DNA of 63,299 nucleotides from Christensenella sp. UBA1428 (GTDB lineage: Bacteria > Bacillota > Clostridia > Christensenellales > UBA1750): the NCBI GenBank assembly GCA_002329335.1, contig DCTY01000003.1, forward strand, positions 22,833 through 86,131, in the 5' to 3' direction. Within the stretch, counting starts at the first letter, position 1. Every line of letters begins with the position of its first letter. Shown here piece by piece: positions 9,088 through 17,705 of the stretch. A program made the translations under genes and the position numbers. Under the pieces are notes generated by a model. It made no database searches. It had not been told where the DNA came from and worked only from the letters and a program-made list of their open reading frames with translations.

Positions 9088-11820
9088 ATGAGAATGAAAA
9101 GATCCCGGAAATTCCGTGTGGCAGTGATCCTGACGCTGGCCCTGTCGCTGGTGCTCAGCGCATGCGGCAACAGCGGTTCTGCCAGCACAAGCGGCGGCAC
9201 CGCAAAGCCCAACGGCGGGAATCAAGGCAATTCCCAGGCAATTAAATTGACCAATGTCTATAATTATCAGCAATTTCCCATGCCCGAGGGCGTTCGCTGG
9301 CTGGATCGTACGTTCCCCTACAGCGAAGATCAGGTGCTGGCTTCCGCTTACATGGAGCCGTCCGGCACGTCGCTGATGATTTTGGACGTCAATACCGGAA
9401 AAGTTGTCCAGTCGTTGGAAACGCCCAAACGGATGAAGGACGGCAACGGCTATCTGACGGCGATGACGATGTCGCCGGATGGTAGTATCTGGATCTGCGT
9501 CAATGGCTATGGGCCGGCGGAAGATTCCAACGCCTCGGCGGATCCCGAAGCATCCACGGATCCCGAAGCCTCCGCCGATCCCGATACCTCCGCGGATCCC
9601 GATACCTCCGCGGATCCCGAAGCATCAGCGGATCCCAATACCTCCGCTGATCCCGAAGCATCAGCTGCCCCCGACGCCTCAGCCGACCCCGAAGAATCTG
9701 CAGCGGCCGACGCCTCGGCGAATCCTGATGCCTCAGCCACTCCCGAAGGATCGGCTGATCCCGATGTCTCAGCTGATCCTGACGCTTCAGCCGATCCTGA
9801 CGCTTCGGCTGATCCGGAAACCACGCAGGATCCGGACGAATCGGTCGTACCGGATAAAGAAATTGACTATTCTACCTATGTGGAATGGAACTACCTTTAT
9901 AAGATCGATCCCAAGGGCGCCATTCTGGCCGAAATCGACATCAGCCAACATGTCGATACAGAAGCGGGCGAATATTTCTATGCCAATCAGATGGTCGCCT
10001 CCGGTGAGGATGAAATCATCGTCCTGGTGAATAACAACTTCTGGATTTTTAATGAAAAGGGCTTAAAGACAAAACTGACCGATCTGGCGGGCGAAAATTA
10101 TTTCAGCGACATGTATCATCTGGACGACGGCCGTATCCTTGTCGGATCTTACATGGAAAAGGGTTATCAGCTCTTCGAGCTGGATGTAAAGGCCGGGAAG
10201 CTCTCCTCCGAGCCCATTTCTCTGCCCGGCGGCAGATATCAGTACAATGTCTTGTGCGCGGGCGAAGGGTCGCAGCTTTATTTGAACGACGAAAACGGTC
10301 TTTCCGTATTCGATCTGGAAAGCGGCGAGGTATCCGAGCTGATCAACTGGATCAATTCCGACATTGACACCAGCTCCGTTTATAATTTTGTACCGCTCAA
10401 GGACGGACGGATTTTCGGCACGGGCTATGACCCGGACACCAGCAAGGAAATGTTTGTGCTGCTGACCAAAAAGCCGGAGGATCAAATCAAGCCTCAGGTT
10501 GTGCTGACGCTGGGCTGCGAGTATATCGATTACGACCTGCGCCGCGCCATCATCGCCTACAACCGCCAGGGTGGCGATTACCGCATCAGCATCAAAACAT
10601 ACTCTCAATACAATACCGAAGCCGATCCGCAGGGCGGCATGACGCGCTTTAATAACGACCTGGTTTCCGGCAGCATTCCGGATCTGATTGTGATCAACGA
10701 GTCGATGCCCTATGACAGCTATGCAGCAAAGGGCCTGTTTGCCGATCTGTACCAGCTGATGGATCAGGACGAATCGTTTGTCCGTGACAATTATCTGACC
10801 AACGTCATGGAGGCCCTGAGCACCAACGGTAAACTTTACCGGATGTGTACTTCATTCTATGTGACAACGCTGGCAGGCGCTGCGTCCCGTGTTGGCAATG
10901 AGCCGGGCTGGACCATGCAGGAAATGATGCAGGCGCTCAACGCCGCTGAGGGTGCGACGCTGTTTGCCAACCAAACCCGGGAAACGCTGCAATATCAGAT
11001 TTTGTCGCCGATGATCAGCCAGTTTATCGACAGCGATACCGGCAGATGCAGCTTTGATTCCCAGGAATTTATCGATTTGATTACCTATATCGCCAGCGCA
11101 CCGGAGGACAGTTCAAACGGATCCGCTGGAAACAGACCAGTTGTTGGTTACTATGCCGGCGAAGACGTAGCGGTTTCCGCAGGCGCTATTGGGTATTATA
11201 ACGGTGAAACGGAATACGTCAGCGAAGAAACGCTGCTGCGTACCGGCAAGGCGCTCTTGACCAATCTGTATCTGAGCGAATCGCGCGACCTGGTTTATCT
11301 GAAATGGCGCCTGAACGATACGCCCACACTGATTGGCTATCCCACCACGGAAGGCAACGGCGGCTATATCGTCCCCAACACGCAGCTGGCCATTTCCGCC
11401 AGCAGCGCCAATCTGAACGCCTGCTGGGATTTCATGAAATTCATGTTGAGCGAAGAGCGGCAGACGCGCGACGACAACTATAATTTCCCCATGCTGCGCA
11501 GCGCATTTGAGGCTTATCTGGACGAGGGCATGCATGGATATACCTGGACCGACGTAGACGGTGTTGAGCACGTAGAGCCGATTACCTTTTGGGATGAAAG
11601 CACCGGTGAACCCAAGGAGGTCGATCCCTTAACCCGGCAGGAAGTGGATGCATTAAACGCCTATATCTGCAGCATTACCCGTATCCAGTCTTACGACAAC
11701 AGCCTCTATGAGATCATCACCGAAGAGCTGACCAATTTCTTTGCCGGCAAAAAGGACGCAAAAACGACAGTTGACGTCATCCAGAACCGCGCGCAGACTT
11801 ATATCAACGAAACCCGTTAA
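9088..11820 (+). CDS. Giant solute-binding lipoprotein: N-terminal beta-rich (propeller-like) domain with repeat insert, C-terminal family-1 SBP domain
   Basis: Lipobox VLSAC; SBP motifs GSIPDLI, KGLFADLY, LIGYPT, AISASS...CWDFMKFMLS. Confidence 0.85.
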   Translation: MRMKRSRKFRVAVILTLALSLVLSACGNSGSASTSGGTAKPNGGNQGNSQAIKLTNVYNYQQFPMPEGVRWLDRTFPYSEDQVLASAYMEPSGTSLMILDVNTGKVVQSLETPKRMKDGNGYLTAMTMSPDGSIWICVNGYGPAEDSNASADPEASTDPEASADPDTSADPDTSADPEASADPNTSADPEASAAPDASADPEESAAADASANPDASATPEGSADPDVSADPDASADPDASADPETTQDPDESVVPDKEIDYSTYVEWNYLYKIDPKGAILAEIDISQHVDTEAGEYFYANQMVASGEDEIIVLVNNNFWIFNEKGLKTKLTDLAGENYFSDMYHLDDGRILVGSYMEKGYQLFELDVKAGKLSSEPISLPGGRYQYNVLCAGEGSQLYLNDENGLSVFDLESGEVSELINWINSDIDTSSVYNFVPLKDGRIFGTGYDPDTSKEMFVLLTKKPEDQIKPQVVLTLGCEYIDYDLRRAIIAYNRQGGDYRISIKTYSQYNTEADPQGGMTRFNNDLVSGSIPDLIVINESMPYDSYAAKGLFADLYQLMDQDESFVRDNYLTNVMEALSTNGKLYRMCTSFYVTTLAGAASRVGNEPGWTMQEMMQALNAAEGATLFANQTRETLQYQILSPMISQFIDSDTGRCSFDSQEFIDLITYIASAPEDSSNGSAGNRPVVGYYAGEDVAVSAGAIGYYNGETEYVSEETLLRTGKALLTNLYLSESRDLVYLKWRLNDTPTLIGYPTTEGNGGYIVPNTQLAISASSANLNACWDFMKFMLSEERQTRDDNYNFPMLRSAFEAYLDEGMHGYTWTDVDGVEHVEPITFWDESTGEPKEVDPLTRQEVDALNAYICSITRIQSYDNSLYEIITEELTNFFAGKKDAKTTVDVIQNRAQTYINETR
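9529..9834 (+). repeat. Coding tandem repeat, 17 x 18 bp (hexapeptide consensus [ED][AT]SADP)
   Basis: NASADP EASTDP EASADP DTSADP DTSADP EASADP NTSADP ... DASADP DASADP ETTQDP. Confidence 0.95.
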
Positions 11821-11833
11821 CCAAATATGACTC

Positions 11834-11861
11834 AAAAAAGCGCCCCGCCGGGGCGCTTTTT
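11834..11861. terminator. Bidirectional intrinsic terminator
   Basis: AAAAAAGCGCCCC-GCC-GGGGCGCTTTTT. Confidence 0.9.
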
Positions 11862-11874
11862 CATGCGCAGATCT

Positions 11875-12040
11875 TTGTCGCCATACGATTCACCCGTTAT
11901 TTACTGACAGGACGCAATAAGTTTTGCACCAGCAAGTGAGATAACCGCCGTGCGTCAAAAGGCCGTCCCAAACGTGCAGACCTTTGCGTTCCCTCTGCCC
12001 GACCACCCTTACTTCATACGGCATTGGAAGCGGGGATTCG
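11875..12040 (-). ncRNA. Candidate rod-shaped ncRNA (6S-like architecture)
   Basis: Nested helices across the whole intergenic stretch with a central bubble; G-U pairs mostly favour the minus strand; ends at the terminator. Confidence 0.35.
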
Positions 12041-12087
12041 TTTAAAATCAATCTTAGAAAAAATTTCAAAATTTCCGAATCAGTATC

Positions 12088-12116
12088 TTGCATTGTTTTG
12101 TACTTTGTGTTATTAT
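12088..12116 (+). promoter_or_regulatory. Sigma-A promoter for the padR operon
   Basis: TTGCAT-17 bp-TATTAT just upstream of the GGAGGTGA RBS. Confidence 0.65.
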
Positions 12117-12138
12117 GATTTTGGAGGTGATAAGAACC

Positions 12139-12462
12139 ATGAACCCACAGTTTAAAAAGGGTATTTTGGAATTATGTGTTCTTTGCGGTCTTTTGGACGG
12201 CGACAAATACGGATTTGAATTGGTCAATTATGTATCCCAGGGTGTGGATATGTCCGATGGCACGGTATATCCCCTGCTCAAACGCCTGCGCGACAACGGC
12301 CATGTCACAACGTATCTGGTTGAGTCCAGCGAAGGCCCGGCGCGCAAGTACTATCATCTGACGCAGACCGGCGCCGAGTATGCGCAGGAGCTGCGCCGCG
12401 ATTGGTTTGCTTTTATCAAAAACATTGAAAAAATCATTGGCACCGAGGAGGTATCCGCATGA
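12139..12462 (+). CDS. PadR-family transcriptional regulator
   Basis: QFKKGILELCVL, YGFEL, GTVYPLLKRL, GPARKYY.LT..G. Confidence 0.93.
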   Translation: MNPQFKKGILELCVLCGLLDGDKYGFELVNYVSQGVDMSDGTVYPLLKRLRDNGHVTTYLVESSEGPARKYYHLTQTGAEYAQELRRDWFAFIKNIEKIIGTEEVSA

Positions 12463-13517
12463 CGCGTCAGGAATATATCGATATTTTGCACAGCTATTTG
12501 ACGGAATGCTCTGTGCAGGAAGCGCAGGAGCTGATCGACGACGTCAACCAGCATTTCGATGAGGCGGCAGAGTTTGGTCTGAGCGAAGAACAAACCTGCG
12601 AACGGCTGGGCGATCCGCATGAGCTGGCCAAGGAATATGTCCATGAAATTCCCGTCCACGCGCAGGCCACGGCAACGCTGGGCACGCAGCGCGGCGAATA
12701 CAGCGGCGTGCGCCAATTGACGATGGAGCTGGCACACTGCGACATTGAAATTTTCCGCAGTGAAAACGAAAATACCATCATCGATATTCTCGACACCGCA
12801 GCCAACGAGGAAAATCGGATCGAAGTGCTGTTTGACATGGGACATTTGAAAATCCGTCAGCGCCGCTCCTATACCCGGATTCTGGCTTTCCTTGGCCTGG
12901 GCGATAAAAAATGCACCGCACGCGTCTGGCTGGGAACAGACTTCGTGGGCGATCTGAAAGCGGCTACCGGCAGCGGCAGCGTTTATATCACCGGGATCAG
13001 CGCCAACAATCTTTCGCTTGCCACCGGCAGCGGCCATCTGCAGGCAGTGAGCATCGGCGCAAACAAGGTTGCAGTCAAATCCGCCTCCGGCGGCATTACC
13101 CTAAGCACGATTCAAACGGAAAAGCTTTCCATCAACGGCGCAAGCGGTACGATCCGTACAGACCATATCAGCGCGCCGGAACTCTCCTGCAACGTTGCCA
13201 GCGGCGCAATCAAGATGGAGCAGACTTCCTGCCAGCAGGCGTCCCTTGTCACCGCCAGCGGCTCGATCACCTTTGACTGCGCCGATATCTGCAACGTCAA
13301 TGCCACGACCGCCAGCGGCGCCATCCGGATTTCCCTGCCCGCCTGGGAGGAAATGACGATCAATACGATTTTGGCCAGCGGGCATGTCAACGTGGGATAT
13401 CCCGCCAGCTCAAGCGGATCGGCCAACAAACGCCAGTTTGTTGTGGGCAGCGGCGTCAATACCGTCAACTGCAAGAGCGCAAGCGGATCCATTTCCATCA
13501 CCCCGCGCGAACCGTAA
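12459..13517 (+). CDS. DUF1700/HAAS N-terminal domain plus DUF4097 (Toastrack) beta-repeat protein
   Basis: MTRQEYIDIL..HFDEA..GLSEE..LGDPHELA, then repeated T[GA]SG.I/ASG.I strands. Confidence 0.82.
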   Translation: MTRQEYIDILHSYLTECSVQEAQELIDDVNQHFDEAAEFGLSEEQTCERLGDPHELAKEYVHEIPVHAQATATLGTQRGEYSGVRQLTMELAHCDIEIFRSENENTIIDILDTAANEENRIEVLFDMGHLKIRQRRSYTRILAFLGLGDKKCTARVWLGTDFVGDLKAATGSGSVYITGISANNLSLATGSGHLQAVSIGANKVAVKSASGGITLSTIQTEKLSINGASGTIRTDHISAPELSCNVASGAIKMEQTSCQQASLVTASGSITFDCADICNVNATTASGAIRISLPAWEEMTINTILASGHVNVGYPASSSGSANKRQFVVGSGVNTVNCKSASGSISITPREP

Positions 13518-13551
13518 CGCCAACCCGCCTTCTCACAGGAAATTCTTCTTT

Positions 13552-13597
13552 GCGGCGGATTTTGTCCAATCGGGCGAAATCCGCCGTCCTTTCTTCC
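13552..13597 (+). terminator. Terminator of the padR operon
   Basis: GCGGCGGATTTTGTCC-AATC-GGGCGAAATCCGCCGT followed by pyrimidines. Confidence 0.65.
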
Positions 13598-13634
13598 TGG
13601 GATACCGTGCGCCCGATCACGAAACCGCTTCGGC

Positions 13635-13675
13635 AAAAAACAAGCGTCCTGAGCCAGCTCTTGGCTCAGGACGCT
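13635..13675 (-). terminator. Terminator of the GH105 gene
   Basis: Perfect 14-bp stem AGCGTCCTGAGCCA/TGGCTCAGGACGCT with a T tract on the minus strand. Confidence 0.8.
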
Positions 13676-13773
13676 GTTTATCGGATGCTCCATTTGATTT
13701 TGGCCGAAAAAGCAGACTACCGTCTGCGGCAAACATTTTTCCAACCGAACCCGTATGCGGAAAATTTACACAT

Positions 13774-14919
13774 TTACCATTTTGTCTTGAGCATCTGCGC
13801 ATAGGCCATGATAAACGGCCCGACGCCCTTGCCCTCGTCGGTCAAATAGTCCGCAGGCACCTCATAGTTGTTTTGACCATTAGCGCTGGCTTTAAAATAG
13901 GTGTCGATCAAGCGTCCGTCGATCAGCTTTTGATCCACAACGCCCGCAAACGCTTTTCTGCATGCCGCGCGGTAATGGCCGTCCGTATCATCCAACCATC
14001 CTTTTTCAATGGCCTTAAGCGTTGAATAGACCATCATGGACGTCCCGCTGGTTTCCAAACGGTTGGTAGGCGTCACCGGCTGATCCAGCAGATTGGCCCA
14101 CAGACCGCTCTGATCCTGATAGACCAGCATACAGTCGACAAAGTCCTTGAACCCCGCCTTCATATCTTCCAGGTGCGCGCCCTTCATATAGTCCATGACG
14201 TTGACCTGCGCCATCGCATACCAGCCGATTGCGCGCGTCCAGAAAAACGCACAGACGCCCTGATCGTCACCCGCATGATAAAAGATCCCGTTTTGAGGGC
14301 AGCGCAGGTGCGCGCGTACCCAGGCAAAGCGCGCGGCGATTTTATCCAGCTGTTCCTGATCGCCGATACGCGCGGCAAATTCTGCCAGGAAGGGCTGACC
14401 CATATACAAACCGTCCAGCCAAACCTTATATTTGGGCGCCTTCCCTTTCGCCCAGGAATGCCAGTAGTTGCCGCCAATACCCGGTTCGGTATAGCAGGCG
14501 TTGACCTGCGTCAAATCGTCATAGAGCTTTTTTGCCGTCAAATAGCAGTCGCTCTGTTCGCCGTCAGAAAAGCTCAGCAGCAGCGCTGCGGTTTTATAGC
14601 AGTCCAGTCCATGATACGGCACATATCCCGCCGTTTCAACCGGCGCGCCGCCTTTGGTCAGCGCCTGCATATAGGCGTTGCCATAATCCCAATACCGCTT
14701 TTCTCCCGTAGCTTCCCAAACGTATTTTAAACCTTCAAACACAACGCCGTTATAATAGCTCCATTGATACAGATACGGCTGGCCGTTGTTTTTGGACCGT
14801 TTTTCATTGTCCCAGGTAAAAAAGCCGTCGGGATCCGGCACAATTTTCTCCGGAATGTTAACGGGTGAATCCACCGTCAAAGCGTCAATATACGCCTTTG
14901 CCTTTTTCAATTGCTCCAT
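13774..14919 (-). CDS. GH105/GH88 unsaturated rhamnogalacturonyl hydrolase (YteR/YesR-like)
   Basis: WSYYNG, VWLDGLYMGQPF, FWTRAIGW, ETSGTSM, KGVGPFIMA; RBS AAAGGAG. Confidence 0.9.
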   Translation of the reverse strand: MEQLKKAKAYIDALTVDSPVNIPEKIVPDPDGFFTWDNEKRSKNNGQPYLYQWSYYNGVVFEGLKYVWEATGEKRYWDYGNAYMQALTKGGAPVETAGYVPYHGLDCYKTAALLLSFSDGEQSDCYLTAKKLYDDLTQVNACYTEPGIGGNYWHSWAKGKAPKYKVWLDGLYMGQPFLAEFAARIGDQEQLDKIAARFAWVRAHLRCPQNGIFYHAGDDQGVCAFFWTRAIGWYAMAQVNVMDYMKGAHLEDMKAGFKDFVDCMLVYQDQSGLWANLLDQPVTPTNRLETSGTSMMVYSTLKAIEKGWLDDTDGHYRAACRKAFAGVVDQKLIDGRLIDTYFKASANGQNNYEVPADYLTDEGKGVGPFIMAYAQMLKTKW

Positions 14920-15015
14920 GAGCGTACTCCTTTCCAATTTGGACGATTCTATGACAGTATAGCACAGGAACTGCGTTTTGACCACCAAAGCGCAGTCCCC
15001 GCTTTCGGCGCTGCC

Positions 15016-17634
15016 CTATTTCTCCGGCTCTTCCAGGAAATGCGCCGCTTCCATATAGTTCAGGCTCCACTGCGACACCGCGTTGGTTGTCACGCCGGGC
15101 AGCTCGCGCAGCGTACGCGGCGCATCCTTTTGCGGCACCTTAACATACTGCAGATTGCCCTGCGGATCACACAACGCATCCATACCGCGCTGCGTCGGGG
15201 GTATCTGTTCCATCGCAAGCTTCCGATATGGCTCGCAGTGCTCCAGCTGGGCCGCGTAAGCGATCATACGGTTGGCAAAATAAGGATGCCGCCACGCTTC
15301 GTCATTTTCAGGATTAAACCGACCGCCCGACGCGGCTTCGCGCTGCTTGGGCGTCATGGCATAAAACGCGCCAAACTGCGCAATCTGTTTGCCAAGCTCC
15401 GAATCCTCCAAAAGCTCCGCCAGTTCAAACCAGACCTCGGCGCCACCAAAAGCGATCACCATATGCTGCTGATAGTTGCCGTCTCCCAGATGGGTATGCC
15501 CCGCCGGATTGGGCGCACCCATGTAATACATTTTCCCGGAATTCGGCTCATAATGGAACGTGGAGCCGGAGCTGAGGCCCAGCGGCGCATCCATCACGGA
15601 CTTGAGGCTGGTCAGCAGCTTATCCCGATAACGCGTATCCTCATAGCGCTCCCAGCGCGTCATCCAGTTGCTCAAAAATGCGGTCCAGTCCGGGCCGGTA
15701 CGCACATGCGCAAAGCCCTCATGCACATCAAAATAGCTGCGCATCGGGTCGCGCTTCAAGACGGCGAAATCAGCGTCCCTGACCTCGTCCAAAATATCGC
15801 CGACGCGCTCATCTGCGGTAAGATAGTAATAGAACCGATGATGCCCCGCCATCGAAATACGCACTTCTTTTGCCCCGCAGCCCCAATGGCGCACATTGTG
15901 CCGGCTGCCAAAGGATGCGAACGGACCGGCGTGATAAATATCCACTTCGCTGCAATGCCGGGTCATTGCGCGGGCAAAGCGATATATTGCCGGGTCGCCG
16001 GTACGCAAAAATGTGAGCCAGTTGACATAGGTATTGCAAAGTTCGGTATTTTGCCAGGCAAATCCGCCGACGTCATAGCGCCAGCAATGACGTACATCGT
16101 CATAGGTATGCATGACGTCCCCATAATCCCAAAAACCATACCAGCGCCGCTGCTCCACCTCGTCCATATAAAACTGCATCCATTGCCCAAGCGCCTTTTC
16201 CCAAGCCGGATTTGCGTCCCCTGCGCGCTTCCAGTAAGTGCCAAACACCGCCGTATTTTCATAAACCTCCGGCTGCGCGACCAGCAGCGCTTCCTGCTGC
16301 GCATCCGAAGCAAAATCCATCAGCGCCTGCTTGCCGGGCATGGCGTCAAAAAGCTTCAGCGTCATTTCGCTGGTATTGGCAATTCCGGACGGTTCGTTTA
16401 AAACGCCGCCGTAGGAATATTTATGGCTATGCGTATCGTACGCTCTGAAGTCCATGTGCTGCGCATAGGGACTGTACAGCCAGGCGGTTGCAATCGGATG
16501 ATTTTCCTGCGCACCGGTAATTTCCAGCGCAGCCGGCGATTTTTGCCAGAAATCGCGCATGGCAACCGCAAAAATCGACGCACTGCTGCCGAAAAACATC
16601 ATGCCGCCGCTGCGGCCGCCCTGCGCAGCATCGATATAGGCGCATCCGGGCACCGTCCGCTTGGTCACCAGATAGTGATCGCAGGAATCCTGACTGAGCC
16701 GGAACGATCCCCAAAACGCGTTATCGTCGATAATTCTTGCAAATTCTTCATGTGCCTGAGCATCAATTTGGACAAACTGACCGTCCAGCTGCTGCCGTTC
16801 GTATTGCGCCTGCCTGAAATCAAGATCGGAATCATCCTTTTTCGTTCCGCGGCGATAGCTGCCTTTGCCTGCATACAGCCCCTGAACGCCCTCGTAAAAC
16901 ATCCCCTGCTCTCCGGCAAAGCCCACATGCCGGTTATACAGCGCGCCATCGGCCGCCAAGTGGAACTGAACCGCCATGCCGCGCAGGAAATCCTGCTGCT
17001 CGTCTGCATCAAATACAAACGTATGCACGATCTTCACCTGATCGCTGCCGCGGTAAAAATACAAACGAACCGTGAAGGGAAACAGTGTCCGCCCACAGCC
17101 AACATGTACCCCGTTGGCGCGGATAACCGCCCGGACGGGGCCGTCCTCTTCCACCGTCAGCGCATCTACACGTCCGTGCAGCGTCTGGACCGTAACCGTT
17201 TTTTGCTCCTCGTCCTCCCGTTCCTGCTCCACCTGCGCAACCAGCATGGCGCGCATTGGTTCAAACCCATCGCGGCGCAGCTGGGAAATCAACGCTGCGC
17301 CCGGCTGCATTTGGCAGGACAGCAAACCGTTTTCAATGTAAACTGCGCCGTCCGGCTGTACCTGCACGGATACAGGCTGATCGATCTGCGCCGGAGTTCC
17401 CTTTTTGACACAGTAATCGCCAGCGGTAGGCAGCACTGCGGAAACCGCCGTCCATTTCACAGATCCGTCCGGCCAATAAGCCAACGGCTTTGCCTGCATC
17501 GGCGCCGCTGCGCCTTTTGGATCGACCAGCGTTACCGAGTCTTTTTTAGACAGTGCGCCGCGCGCCCAGGGCACGCCAAATGTCACTGCCGCCTGCTTTT
17601 GCAAAAGCGGCATGAGCCAATGAAATTGCGTCAT
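15016..17634 (-). CDS. Exo-rhamnogalacturonan lyase family protein (PL26, YetA/PcRGLX-like)
   Basis: TFGVPWARG, WPDGSVKWT, WYGFWDYGDVMH, WRYDVGGFAWQNTE, GSRHNVRHWG; start at ATG 17634 behind CAGGAGG. Confidence 0.85.
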   Translation of the reverse strand: MTQFHWLMPLLQKQAAVTFGVPWARGALSKKDSVTLVDPKGAAAPMQAKPLAYWPDGSVKWTAVSAVLPTAGDYCVKKGTPAQIDQPVSVQVQPDGAVYIENGLLSCQMQPGAALISQLRRDGFEPMRAMLVAQVEQEREDEEQKTVTVQTLHGRVDALTVEEDGPVRAVIRANGVHVGCGRTLFPFTVRLYFYRGSDQVKIVHTFVFDADEQQDFLRGMAVQFHLAADGALYNRHVGFAGEQGMFYEGVQGLYAGKGSYRRGTKKDDSDLDFRQAQYERQQLDGQFVQIDAQAHEEFARIIDDNAFWGSFRLSQDSCDHYLVTKRTVPGCAYIDAAQGGRSGGMMFFGSSASIFAVAMRDFWQKSPAALEITGAQENHPIATAWLYSPYAQHMDFRAYDTHSHKYSYGGVLNEPSGIANTSEMTLKLFDAMPGKQALMDFASDAQQEALLVAQPEVYENTAVFGTYWKRAGDANPAWEKALGQWMQFYMDEVEQRRWYGFWDYGDVMHTYDDVRHCWRYDVGGFAWQNTELCNTYVNWLTFLRTGDPAIYRFARAMTRHCSEVDIYHAGPFASFGSRHNVRHWGCGAKEVRISMAGHHRFYYYLTADERVGDILDEVRDADFAVLKRDPMRSYFDVHEGFAHVRTGPDWTAFLSNWMTRWERYEDTRYRDKLLTSLKSVMDAPLGLSSGSTFHYEPNSGKMYYMGAPNPAGHTHLGDGNYQQHMVIAFGGAEVWFELAELLEDSELGKQIAQFGAFYAMTPKQREAASGGRFNPENDEAWRHPYFANRMIAYAAQLEHCEPYRKLAMEQIPPTQRGMDALCDPQGNLQYVKVPQKDAPRTLRELPGVTTNAVSQWSLNYMEAAHFLEEPEK

Positions 17635-17671
17635 GACAGCCTCCTGAAACTTCTTTTCTTTATCCATCCAG

Positions 17672-17701
17672 TAAAAAAGGCGCCGGAAAACGGCGCCTTT
17701 T
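17672..17701 (-). terminator. Intra-operonic terminator-like hairpin
   Basis: AAAAGGCGCCG-TTTTC-CGGCGCCTTTTTT on the minus strand. Confidence 0.7.
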
Positions 17702-17705
17702 CAAA

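Noticed and set aside
9529-9834. Tandem repeat considered as a CRISPR array or non-coding VNTR
   Set aside because: 18-bp period, no unique spacers, in frame within a CDS, variation concentrated at synonymous sites, no cas genes
11875-12040. Considered as c-di-GMP riboswitch, tmRNA, SRP RNA or group II intron domain V
   Set aside because: Only short chance matches (e.g. GGAACGCAAAG, GCCGTATG); the defining consensus elements are missing. Kept only as an unassigned ncRNA candidate
13552-13675. Two strong hairpins considered as REP/IS200 ends
   Set aside because: Explained as one terminator for each of two convergent genes; no transposase and no further copies seen
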